From an uncultured Candidatus Saccharibacteria bacterium (GTDB taxonomy: Bacteria > Patescibacteriota > Minisyncoccia > Phycocordibacterales > UBA9973): a DNA stretch of 64,000 bases. How positions within the stretch are numbered: position 1 is the first letter of the stretch; each line of letters opens with the position of its first letter. Where the stretch lies: contig CAZFSV010000001.1 in the NCBI GenBank assembly GCA_964522195.1, positions 44,680-108,679 on the forward strand, in the 5' to 3' direction. Below are positions 42,119 to 50,347 of the stretch, piece by piece. The notes under the pieces were generated by a model. That model did no database searches. It saw only the letters and a program-made list of their open reading frames with translations, and had not been told where the DNA came from. Position numbers and translations under genes: made by a program.

Positions 42119-42772
42119 TTAAATAGTTTCTTCCACCTCTTTGTTCAATTCGTTATAGTCCAGTTTAGAAAATTCGGTAAATAACGAATTGGCTAAAATA
42201 TGGATTATTTTTTCGTCTAGAAAGACATCGTTTGCGTATTTATTACTTGAACCATCGCCAGAAAGTATACTTGCAACTTTCATCATAAATCTATTTTTTA
42301 AGGTGTTTTCAAAAAATCTTATCTTAAACTCATCCGTTGCGTTAAAGGTTTGTCTTAATCTAATTTGGAATACATCAAGGATACTATTGCCTTTATACTC
42401 AGATAATTTTTGGTGTGCTTCGGGAGTAAAATTTTCATACATTTCACGAATCATTTTTTTATGTCCCTCAAAATCTTTTTCTTTATCTTTGTGGTCAAGT
42501 AATAAGGAAACTATAAGTATCATGTGTTCATTTAAAGCATCAGAAAATATTTTCTGATCTTCTTTGTCCATGTGTTGTTTAAATTTTTCTCCAACATAAT
42601 AATGTCCAAACATCGCAGCTTCCAAAAGTAAAGTTCCAAATGCAGAAGGGTGGACATTGACATTTTTAAGAACTTTTAATTCATTTCTCCAAGAAGAAAC
42701 GACTTTTTGTGAAATATCCCCAACAAGAGTTGCGACTGTCAAAGCAAGTTTTTCGATATTTTCTTTTTCCAT
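42119..42772 (-). CDS. Hypothetical protein (217 aa) in IR-bounded cassette
   Basis: ORF 12 nt downstream of XRE gene; no motif. Confidence 0.4.
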   Translation of the reverse strand: MEKENIEKLALTVATLVGDISQKVVSSWRNELKVLKNVNVHPSAFGTLLLEAAMFGHYYVGEKFKQHMDKEDQKIFSDALNEHMILIVSLLLDHKDKEKDFEGHKKMIREMYENFTPEAHQKLSEYKGNSILDVFQIRLRQTFNATDEFKIRFFENTLKNRFMMKVASILSGDGSSNKYANDVFLDEKIIHILANSLFTEFSKLDYNELNKEVEETI

Positions 42773-42784
42773 AATATTAGTTAA

Positions 42785-42991
42785 TTATTTTAATAAATCC
42801 TCCATAGGAACGCCTAACGACTTGGCGATTTTTTGGATTGTTTGAACACTTGGTTTTGTGACAACACCACCCTCAATTTTTGTAAGAGTAGAGTATTTGA
42901 TGTCCGCTTTCTTTGCCAAGTCGTCTTGCGTCAATCCTTGTTTTGTTCGTATTCGTTTTATGTTTTGTGATATAGTTGCCATAGTATCCAA
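42785..42991 (-). CDS. XRE-family helix-turn-helix transcriptional regulator
   Basis: 68 aa; HTH_3 signature QNIKRIRTKQGLTQDDLAKKADIKYSTLTKIEGG. Confidence 0.75.
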   Translation of the reverse strand: MDTMATISQNIKRIRTKQGLTQDDLAKKADIKYSTLTKIEGGVVTKPSVQTIQKIAKSLGVPMEDLLK

Positions 42992-43089
42992 ACTTTGATA
43001 GTATTATCTTATGAGTAGATTCTTTCTTTGCTCACAAAACAATGATAGCAAAAATTATGGATTTTATCAATCTGTATTTTCTAATTTTG

Positions 43090-43290
43090 TAGCCGCCGAA
43101 TTTCCGAAAACCCCCAGTCCGAAACCCGCCCGCATTCCTCCCCAGACCCCTCCTGCGGGCGGGAAATCAGCCGAGGCAGGGCGAATCCAAAACCCCAGAC
43201 AAATTGTTTCGCCCTGCCGAGTCCATTTTATTAGTTTTAATCGTTTGGATTTTCTTCGAAAAAAGTTCGAATTTTGTCCAGAACATACCG
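43090..43290. repeat. 201-bp GC-rich terminal inverted repeat, copy A2
   Basis: Reverse complement of 41282..41482. Confidence 0.85.
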
Positions 43291-43407
43291 CAACAAATCG
43301 GAATTCAAATTTCCGCAAAAAATATGGTCGGCACGAAGTGCCGTCTGTTCTGAATTCCCCCCAAAAAATCCTGAATCTGAAAGGGTTCGCCACGCAGAGC
43401 GTGGCTC
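43287..43407. repeat. 121-bp inverted repeat, copy B1, abutting A2 at shared CCGC
   Basis: Matches reverse complement of 44821..44940; begins CCGCAACAAATCGGAATTCAAATTTCCGCAA (degenerate tRNA T-arm/3' end). Confidence 0.85.
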
Positions 43408-43428
43408 CTCGTTAGCCAATACAACAAT

Positions 43429-44973
43429 ATGAATAATCAAACTAGAAAATTTTTTATATATACTCGCAAATCTACCGACACCGAAGATCGGCAAGTTAGA
43501 AGCATTTCGGATCAACTGGCCGAATTAAAAGAATTGGCGGTAAAAGAACAAATTGAGGTTATAGATATTTTTGTGGAAAAACAAACTGCTAAAGCTCCGG
43601 GTCGGCCAGTATTTAATGAAATGCTTCTCCGTATCGAAGCAAATGAGGCAAATGGAATTTTAGCGTGGCATCCCGATAGATTGGCTAGAAATAGTGTTGA
43701 TGGTGGTAAAATAATATATTTGCTCGATACAGGGAAAATTACCGAGCTAAAGTTTCCAACTTTCTGGTGTGATACAACTCCGCAAGGTAAGTTCATGCTT
43801 TCTATTGCATTTTCACAATCCAAGTATTATGTGGACAACCTAAGTGAGAATATTAAACGAGGTCATCGTAACAAAGTGAAAGAAGGAATATGGCCTCAAA
43901 TGTCGCCGATTGGATATGTAAATGTGAAAGGTGCTGGAATTGTACCCGACGAGAATATTGCCCCTTTAATCAAGAAAATATTTGAGGCCTATGCAACTGG
44001 AAATTTCACTTTGCGACAACTTCACGATAAGTTTAATGCTCTTGGATTGAGTAGAAAGAATAGAAAGGTGCTTTCCGTTTCCAACTACCAACAAATTTTG
44101 AGAAATCCGATATTCACTGGCTTAATGAGATATGGTGGTGAAATCTATGAAGGAAAGCACAAACCGATTATCACAAAGAAACTTTTTGATTCCGTTCAAG
44201 AAGTGATGAGCCGAAAATCTAAACCGCATAGCAAAGGACTAAAGTCATTTTTGTATAGAGGATTTTTCCGTTGCGGAGAATGCGGCTGTTTCATTACTAC
44301 CGAAACACAAAAAGGTCATAACTATTTACGATGTACTAAACGGAAAAATCCTTGTGAACAAAAATATGTCCGCGAGGAACTCATCACTTCTCAAATTAAG
44401 GAAGAAATCAAAAAAGTTTCTTTACCACTCGATTGGGCAAATTGGATGATTGTCGAAAACGAAAAAGACCGACAATCAGAAAATCAATCGAGTGAGATTT
44501 TTTCTCAAAAAACAAAAGATGAAATTTCTCTTTTGGATTCAAAAGTTGAAAAGTTGATGAACTTATATTTAGAAAATGTTTTGTCTTTAGAAGAATATCG
44601 AGATTCTAAAAATAAGTTAGTTAATCAAAAACAACTTTTAAAAGAGAAATTATCAGCTTTTGAGAAAAAATCTCATAATCGGTTCGAACTTACCGAAAAT
44701 TTTCTAAAAGCTAATATTCATATCGTGGAATTGGCTAACGAGAAAACAAATGAAGAAAATCTTCATTTGTTTAAAAAAGTCGGTTCGAACTTTTTAATTA
44801 AAGATCGAACCGTACTTTTTGAGCCACGCTCTGCGTGGCGAACCCTTTCAGATTCAGGATTTTTTGGGGGGAATTCAGAACAGACGGCACTTCGTGCCGA
44901 CCATATTTTTTGCGGAAATTTGAATTCCGATTTGTTGCGGAGGGTGGGAGATTCGAACTCCCGATGCCCGTGA
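43429..44973 (+). CDS. Large serine recombinase, paralog of 22089..23366 (C-terminal ~50 codons read through repeat B2/tRNA; true C-terminus uncertain)
   Basis: YTRKSTDTEDRQ...SISDQ catalytic domain, recombinase domain, zinc ribbon CGECGC...LRCTKRKNPC, coiled coil; ~45% identical by eye to first recombinase in N-terminal 100 aa. Confidence 0.8.
   Translation: MNNQTRKFFIYTRKSTDTEDRQVRSISDQLAELKELAVKEQIEVIDIFVEKQTAKAPGRPVFNEMLLRIEANEANGILAWHPDRLARNSVDGGKIIYLLDTGKITELKFPTFWCDTTPQGKFMLSIAFSQSKYYVDNLSENIKRGHRNKVKEGIWPQMSPIGYVNVKGAGIVPDENIAPLIKKIFEAYATGNFTLRQLHDKFNALGLSRKNRKVLSVSNYQQILRNPIFTGLMRYGGEIYEGKHKPIITKKLFDSVQEVMSRKSKPHSKGLKSFLYRGFFRCGECGCFITTETQKGHNYLRCTKRKNPCEQKYVREELITSQIKEEIKKVSLPLDWANWMIVENEKDRQSENQSSEIFSQKTKDEISLLDSKVEKLMNLYLENVLSLEEYRDSKNKLVNQKQLLKEKLSAFEKKSHNRFELTENFLKANIHIVELANEKTNEENLHLFKKVGSNFLIKDRTVLFEPRSAWRTLSDSGFFGGNSEQTALRADHIFCGNLNSDLLRRVGDSNSRCP
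44821..44940. repeat. 121-bp inverted repeat, copy B2, ending at tRNA-Ser(GGA) 3' end
   Basis: Reverse complement of 43287..43407; terminal ...TTGTTGCGG overlaps tRNA discriminator. Confidence 0.85.
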
Positions 44974-45024
44974 AGACATACAGACTTTCCAGGTCTGCGC
45001 ACTAGACCACTATGCGAACCCTCC
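44938..45024 (-). tRNA. tRNA-Ser(GGA), CCA not encoded
   Basis: GGAGGGTTCGCATAGTGGTCTAGTGCGCAGACCTGGAAAGTCTG...CGGGAGTTCGAATCTCCCACCCTCCG. Anticodon loop CTGGAAA (GGA), long variable arm, 3-bp D-stem, G73. Confidence 0.8.
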
Positions 45025-45270
45025 AAAATAATTTTTTAATTTGTTTTTTAAAACTTCTCTACCGTGACCAGTTTTGAAATATTTTTCTGCTTCTTGTGCA
45101 TCTTTTTTGTTTAAATAAGCTTCATAAAATATAAGATCAAAATCCCCATTTCTTGAAGTAAAATCAGAATTATGAGATTTGTGTTCTTTAATCCTTCTTT
45201 TTAAATCACTGGTAAATCCATAATACAGTTTACCATTTTTATGAAATTTTAATACATAAAAATAATACAT
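45010..45270 (-). CDS. GIY-YIG nuclease superfamily protein (UPF0213/YhbQ-like); start taken at MYYFYVLKF, not the TTG of the 45010..45330 ORF
   Basis: YYFYVLKF...NGKLYYGFTSDLKRRIKEH = GIY-YIG motif; last 4 codons plus stop lie inside tRNA-Ser(GGA) 5' end. Confidence 0.7.
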   Translation of the reverse strand: MYYFYVLKFHKNGKLYYGFTSDLKRRIKEHKSHNSDFTSRNGDFDLIFYEAYLNKKDAQEAEKYFKTGHGREVLKNKLKNYFGGFA

Positions 45271-45374
45271 ATTTGACCACTTCCGCCTCTTCGGCGGATG
45301 CGCCGTTGAGGCGCAATGCGAACCCTCCAATATATTAAATTTACACTATTTTAATAAAAAAGAAAGAAATGGTA

Positions 45375-45524
45375 TAATATAGGTATGGATCCGGTAGTAG
45401 ATTTTCAAATCATTACTGGGTAATAGTTTAGAGTAAAATATAAGTTTAGTTTTATTATTAATTTTAATTATATTTTCAAATAAAGTTTAAAAACAATTTG
45501 AAAATTCACTACAGGATGGAAACT
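45375..45524. repeat. Right copy of ~140-bp long-range inverted repeat (promoter + first 9 codons MKIHYRMET)
   Basis: Reverse complement matches 8553..8694. Coordinates approximate (+/-10 nt): one printed line (45481) holds fewer bases than its label implies. Confidence 0.75.
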
Positions 45525-45770
45525 TTAATAAAAGCAGATATATTCTTTTTTATAGCAAGTATTGGTTTTATTATTATAACCTTTTTGTTTATTATTGCTC
45601 TTTATCATTTAATTAAAATCTTAAAAGATTTTGAATTCATTTCAGATAAATTACAAAAAGGTGTGAATTTCGCTTCTTCTAATTTAGAAGATTTAGCAAA
45701 GAATGTTAATGAAAGTTCAATTTTTCAAACTATCTTTGGTAAAAAAAGAAAAACAAAAAGTAAAAAATAA
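45498..45770 (+). CDS. Small membrane protein (DUF948-like?), shares promoter and first 9 codons with histidine kinase gene
   Basis: 90 aa, one TM then coiled-coil; TTG annotated start, ATG 18 nt downstream. Confidence 0.4.
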   Translation: MKIHYRMETLIKADIFFFIASIGFIIITFLFIIALYHLIKILKDFEFISDKLQKGVNFASSNLEDLAKNVNESSIFQTIFGKKRKTKSKK

Positions 45771-45798
45771 TTATTATTAATTAAAAATATTTAATACA

Positions 45799-46206
45799 AT
45801 GAAAAAACAAAAAAAGGGTAGTAGTACATTAAAAAAAGGTGTAGTGGTAGGCGCTCTAGGGGCTTTGGCTTATGAATTTATGGGTCCAGATGGTAAGAAG
45901 AATAGAGCTAAAGTTATGAAACTTGGTAAAGAATTAAAAGAAGAAGCATTTGATATGATTAAAGATGTAAAAGAGGTGGTAGGTCCTACTTATAAAAAAG
46001 TTAAAAAAGAAATTCAAAAAATAGACCAGAAGGAAGTAAAGAGAGATGTAAAGAAAAAGATTGTAGAAGCAAAGAAAGATGTGAAAGCTGTAGTAAAAAA
46101 TATTAAAAAAAATGCAAAAAGTACAGCAAAAAATATAAAACAAGATACTAAGAAAATCGTAAAGACCGTAAAGAAAAATGCAAAAAAAGTTTTATCTAGT
46201 AAATAA
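45799..46206 (+). CDS. Lysine-rich YtxH-like protein
   Basis: N-terminal GVVVGALGALAYEFMGPDGKK (YtxH-like) followed by K-rich repeats. Confidence 0.4.
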   Translation: MKKQKKGSSTLKKGVVVGALGALAYEFMGPDGKKNRAKVMKLGKELKEEAFDMIKDVKEVVGPTYKKVKKEIQKIDQKEVKRDVKKKIVEAKKDVKAVVKNIKKNAKSTAKNIKQDTKKIVKTVKKNAKKVLSSK

Positions 46207-46993
46207 AAAAGAAGGCGAAACACCTCTGGAATCTCTAGAGGTGTTTCGTATTAAGAATAAGATTCCTTTTGATATACCTATGACTTATGCGGGGAGACTC
46301 GATCCGTTGGCTTCTGGGCTATTGATTATTCTCTCGGGTGAAGAATGTAAAAACAAAGAAAAGTATTTAAACCTGGACAAAGAATATGAGTTCTCAGTTT
46401 TATTTGGCTTCAAAACTGACACATATGATATTTTAGGAAAAGTTATAGAGATAACACCTAAAGCCCTGTCTGGAAATCTTGCAAATGTTTTACCTTTGCA
46501 AGACACAAAGAGTAACCCTTTGCAGAAAGAAGAATTAGAATTGGAGAAATTGATTAAGAAAAATTTAAAATATTTTAAAGGAAAAATAATTCAAAAATAT
46601 CCTATGTATTCTTCCAAAACCATCGACGGGAAGCCATTATTTGCTTATGCTCGGGAGAATAAAGAGGTTGATATTCCTGAGAGAGAAGTATGGGTTAAGA
46701 GTCTAAAATATTTAAATCTTAAAAAAGTATCTTCTAAAAATCTTTTACAAAAAATAGAGAAAAGAATAAATAAAGTAGGTGGTGATTTTCGTCAAAAAGA
46801 AATATTAAAGATTTGGGAAAAAGAGCTTAACAATGAAAAAATGCCAAAGCGTTTTTTCATCGCGTTTTTCAAAACTCGGGTAAGCTCTGGGACTTATATA
46901 CGCTCTATAGCAAATATGCTAGGCGAGAAAATATCTATACCAAGCCTAACTTTTTCTATTAAAAGAACCAAAGTAGGTAAATATAGTATTTAG
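46178..46993 (+). CDS. truB: tRNA pseudouridine synthase TruB family
   Basis: Catalytic motif YAGRLDPLASGLLIIL (TruB GxLDPxAxG with catalytic Asp). Confidence 0.65.
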   Translation: MQKKFYLVNKKEGETPLESLEVFRIKNKIPFDIPMTYAGRLDPLASGLLIILSGEECKNKEKYLNLDKEYEFSVLFGFKTDTYDILGKVIEITPKALSGNLANVLPLQDTKSNPLQKEELELEKLIKKNLKYFKGKIIQKYPMYSSKTIDGKPLFAYARENKEVDIPEREVWVKSLKYLNLKKVSSKNLLQKIEKRINKVGGDFRQKEILKIWEKELNNEKMPKRFFIAFFKTRVSSGTYIRSIANMLGEKISIPSLTFSIKRTKVGKYSI

Positions 46994-47007
46994 GTTATAA
47001 TATTAAT

Positions 47008-49995
47008 ATGTCTTTATTTGATCTAGAATATAAAAAACTAAATTCAAAGCAAAAAGAAGCCGTAGATACTATAGAAGGCCCCGTTATGGTGGTAGCAGGT
47101 CCGGGTACAGGTAAAACTCAGATTTTAACGCTCCGTATTGGAAATATTTTAAGAAAAACTGATACAAGCCCTGATTCAATCCTTTGTTTAACTTTTACTC
47201 GTTCGGGAGTTCGTGCAATGAAAAATCGCCTTTTAGAATACATAGGTACAGACGCTAATAAGGTAAATATTTCTACTTTTCATTCTTTTGCTATAAAAAT
47301 AGTAGAAGAGAATTATGATTTACTTGATTTTGATCAAATACCAAAAATTCTCGAAGAAGACGAAGTAGTTTTTTTGATTGATGATATTTTACAAAATTAT
47401 GATTGGCAATATCTCCGTCCTCGCAACAACCCTCAAATGTATTTTAATGATTTAAAATCTTTGTTTTCTATTTTAAAAAGAGAAAATATTACTGTAGAAG
47501 AATTTTTCTCTCAGGTAGAGCGCGATATAGAGAATTTAAAAAATGACCCTGATAGTATCTCTTCGAGAGGAGAGAGTAAAGGGAAACTTAAAAAAGAAAT
47601 TGAGAAAAAAATAGAAGGTTTAAATAAAACCTTAGAAGTTGTAGAGTTTTATAAAATATATGAAGAGAAAAAGAAAGAGTTTGCTTTGATGGATTATGAT
47701 GATGCCCTAGAGTATGCTCTAGAGATTGTAGAGAATTCTTCTGATGTTAAATCTTCTATTTTTGAAAATTTCCTTTATGTTTTAGTAGATGAGCATCAAG
47801 ACTCAAGTGGTATTCAAAATAAATTCTTAAAAGCAGTTTGGGGTGGAATTGAAAATCCAAATATTTTTGTGGTGGGTGATGATAGGCAACTTATCTATGC
47901 TTTTTCTGGAGCGAATTTGTCTTATTTTGAAGATTTTAAAAATTATTTTGGAAAAGCACATTTGATAACTTTAGTTGAAAATTATCGTTCTACAGAAAGG
48001 ATTTTGAATCTAGCTCATGATTTACTTAAAAGCTCTATTTCACCTGAAAAGTTAAAAAGTAATAAAAAAGAAGATGAAAATATTTATTTAAAAGAATACG
48101 ATTATCCTCGTGATGAAATACTTGGCGCTGCTCTTTATTTTAAAAATCTGATTGATAAGGGGGAGAAGGCAGAAGAGATGGCTATTTTGGTTCCTAAGAA
48201 TTACCATGTCAGAAACGCAACTTCTTTATTGCGTAATATGAATTTACCAGTAGACAATGATAAAAATTTATCTTTATTCTCTTTAAATAAAACTGAATCT
48301 TTTCTTAAAATTTTAAATATTATAGATAATCCTTTTGATAATGTAGCTTTAGGTGAACTTATTTTAGATAAAGTAAGCAATATAGAAATTCTCGAAGCTC
48401 ATAAATTTCTGCGTTCTAAAAAGAAAGAAGAAATTGGGCTTCCCGATTTAATAAATCATACAAATGAGGTAGGTTTATTTGCAGGAGAAAATAATATTTC
48501 TGTGTTTGGCAAATTACTTAAAGTCTTTTTAGATAAAAAAGACGAAAAATTAACAAACCTTTTAAGTGAAATAGGTAATACTTTTTTTATAGATAAATCA
48601 GAAAACCATAAAGAGCTTTTAGAAAATGTTGAATTCGTTAGGACTTTTATTCATTTAGGGAATTTATTTGAGCAAAAGCATTTAAATCCAAAAATTAAAG
48701 ATTTCTTAAAATATATAGGTCGTCTGAAAGAATATGGCAATCATATTGATGTAGCTGTTTTAGGTAAAGAGTCAGGTATAGAAGTTATGACACTACACAA
48801 ATCCAAAGGTCTTGAATATAAATACGTTTGGATTGCTCATATGAATGAAGAAGTTTTAATGTCTCAAAAAAGAATGCCTTTTACTTTACCTGAATATGTA
48901 AAAAATCGCTTAGCGAAAAGAGACATAGAAGACGTTAAAAGAGAGCTTTATGTAGCGATAACTCGGGCAAGAGAATTTTGTACTATATCTTATGCAAATC
49001 AAAATTATACAGGAGGGGAACTTACTTTATCTTCTATTTTAAATGAGCTTGATCAACTTCATTTTGAGAAAAAAAATAGTGAAGAAAATGAGCATGAGCT
49101 TTTAGAAAACAATATTAACGGAGCGAAAATTTTTGCTACTAATTTTGTAGCTCAATTAGAAGACAAGTCTTCTTTAGAAGAAGTGAAATTTTTTGTAAAA
49201 GAAAATTATAAAGACTCGGTGATTTCGGTATCTTTGCTTAATAACTTTTTTGAATGTCCTTGGAAATGGTATTTTAGAAATTTCTTGAAAGTTCCGGAAG
49301 TAAAAAGCATTTCACTTGCTTTAGGTTCGGCAGTTCACAATACCATAGAACATATATTAAAAAATAATAAAATTCCAAAAGAAAAAGAATTATCACATTT
49401 TATTTCAAAAGAACTTCTAAAAGAAGGGGTAGATGATGAAAAAGAGCTTATTCGTTTAGAAAAACAAGCTTTAAATATTATTTTAGATTGGCTAAACTCT
49501 TTTTATAAAAATTTAGAAAGAGAATACAAATCAGAACGATCAGTTTCTTTTAAAGATAAAGATTTAGATATTTCTATTTATGGTAAACTCGACCTTACTG
49601 AATGGCGAGAAGATAAAGCCATAATTATTACTGATTTTAAAACAGGTAAACCAAAGACAAAAAACGAAATAGAAAAAATAGATGAAGAGGGTAGACTTTC
49701 TTCTTATGTGCGCCAACTCGCTATGTATGCGTATTTAGTTTATGAAACCAGTGAGAAATATCCTGAAATTTGCAAATTGCTTTTCTTGGAAGCTGACAAA
49801 GATGATAAAAATAAGATTTATGCTACGAGTATTAATACCGAACAAATTGATTTACTTAAAAAAGATATAAAAGAATATGTTTTAAGTTTAGAAAATGCTA
49901 ATTGGGTAGAAAGAAAATGTAATTTTAAACCTTTTGGCGGCAAAAATGAATCTTGCCCAAATTGCACTCTTGCCCAAAAAATCTTTTTGAAATAA
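47008..49995 (+). CDS. UvrD/PcrA-like SF1 helicase fused to C-terminal RecB/AddB-type PD-(D/E)xK nuclease with Cys cluster
   Basis: Motif I VVAGPGTGKTQIL, II LVDEHQDS, VI VAITRARE. C-terminal nuclease region with KLDLTE..., QLAMYAYL (QxxxY) and Cys cluster CNFKPF...CPNC. Confidence 0.8.
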   Translation: MSLFDLEYKKLNSKQKEAVDTIEGPVMVVAGPGTGKTQILTLRIGNILRKTDTSPDSILCLTFTRSGVRAMKNRLLEYIGTDANKVNISTFHSFAIKIVEENYDLLDFDQIPKILEEDEVVFLIDDILQNYDWQYLRPRNNPQMYFNDLKSLFSILKRENITVEEFFSQVERDIENLKNDPDSISSRGESKGKLKKEIEKKIEGLNKTLEVVEFYKIYEEKKKEFALMDYDDALEYALEIVENSSDVKSSIFENFLYVLVDEHQDSSGIQNKFLKAVWGGIENPNIFVVGDDRQLIYAFSGANLSYFEDFKNYFGKAHLITLVENYRSTERILNLAHDLLKSSISPEKLKSNKKEDENIYLKEYDYPRDEILGAALYFKNLIDKGEKAEEMAILVPKNYHVRNATSLLRNMNLPVDNDKNLSLFSLNKTESFLKILNIIDNPFDNVALGELILDKVSNIEILEAHKFLRSKKKEEIGLPDLINHTNEVGLFAGENNISVFGKLLKVFLDKKDEKLTNLLSEIGNTFFIDKSENHKELLENVEFVRTFIHLGNLFEQKHLNPKIKDFLKYIGRLKEYGNHIDVAVLGKESGIEVMTLHKSKGLEYKYVWIAHMNEEVLMSQKRMPFTLPEYVKNRLAKRDIEDVKRELYVAITRAREFCTISYANQNYTGGELTLSSILNELDQLHFEKKNSEENEHELLENNINGAKIFATNFVAQLEDKSSLEEVKFFVKENYKDSVISVSLLNNFFECPWKWYFRNFLKVPEVKSISLALGSAVHNTIEHILKNNKIPKEKELSHFISKELLKEGVDDEKELIRLEKQALNIILDWLNSFYKNLEREYKSERSVSFKDKDLDISIYGKLDLTEWREDKAIIITDFKTGKPKTKNEIEKIDEEGRLSSYVRQLAMYAYLVYETSEKYPEICKLLFLEADKDDKNKIYATSINTEQIDLLKKDIKEYVLSLENANWVERKCNFKPFGGKNESCPNCTLAQKIFLK

Positions 49996-50000
49996 AAAAA

Positions 50001-50040
50001 GCAGCTTGTTATTAGCAACAAACTGCTCTGTTCTTTTGTT
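50001..50040 (+). terminator. Terminator hairpin after helicase-nuclease gene
   Basis: gcagcttgtt-attagc-aacaaactgc (9/10 bp) followed by T-rich tract. Confidence 0.55.
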
Positions 50041-50195
50041 TCTGAGTACTTAGATGTTTCATTTCCCCAGACGCTAGAGAATCTAGAGGTTAGCGGTCGC
50101 TTGCACCTACCAATAGCTTATCGTAGCTTGCCACGCTCATTATCGCTTTACACTTCCGCACGTATCATTGCATATTTGAAGTGTGTATATAAAAG
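50040..50195 (-). rRNA. Orphan 23S rRNA 5'-domain fragment (~160 nt; pseudogene or 5.8S-like piece)
   Basis: Minus strand reads ...GTGCGGAAGTGTAAAGCGATAATGAGCGTGGCAAGCTACGATAAGC...GGGGAAATGAAACATCTAAGTAC. This aligns to conserved bacterial 23S positions ~30-200 (GGTGGATGCC..GGCGATGAAGGACGTG..CTGCGATAAGC....GAACTGAAACATCTAAGTA). Similarity decays on both sides. Confidence 0.5.
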
Positions 50196-50347
50196 AACTA
50201 AAAATAATTTTAACTTGCATCAAGCATTTGATGCTAAGTTTATCAAAGAACTTTTTGTCTTTATCAAGAGAAAAGACAAGAAAACTACAAATTTAGTTAT
50301 TTCAACTTTTTCTTTTAAAAGAATCAATAACTTGTTTTAGTGTAGCG

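Noticed and set aside
44763-45026. 87-aa minus-strand ORF beginning MEGSH
   Set aside because: It starts at a TTG formed by the 5' end of tRNA-Ser(GGA) and simply translates the tRNA and repeat B2.
45271-45330. N-terminal 20-codon extension (MEGSHCASTAHPPKRRKWSN) of the GIY-YIG ORF
   Set aside because: Encoded by the duplicated tRNA 5' 13-mer and two GC hairpins with a TTG start. The real start is taken as the ATG of MYYFYVLKF.
50101-50340. 79-aa plus-strand ORF overlapping the 23S-like fragment
   Set aside because: Begins inside rRNA-like sequence and runs through AT-rich DNA. No motif, and the frame is likely a translation of structured RNA or a promoter region.
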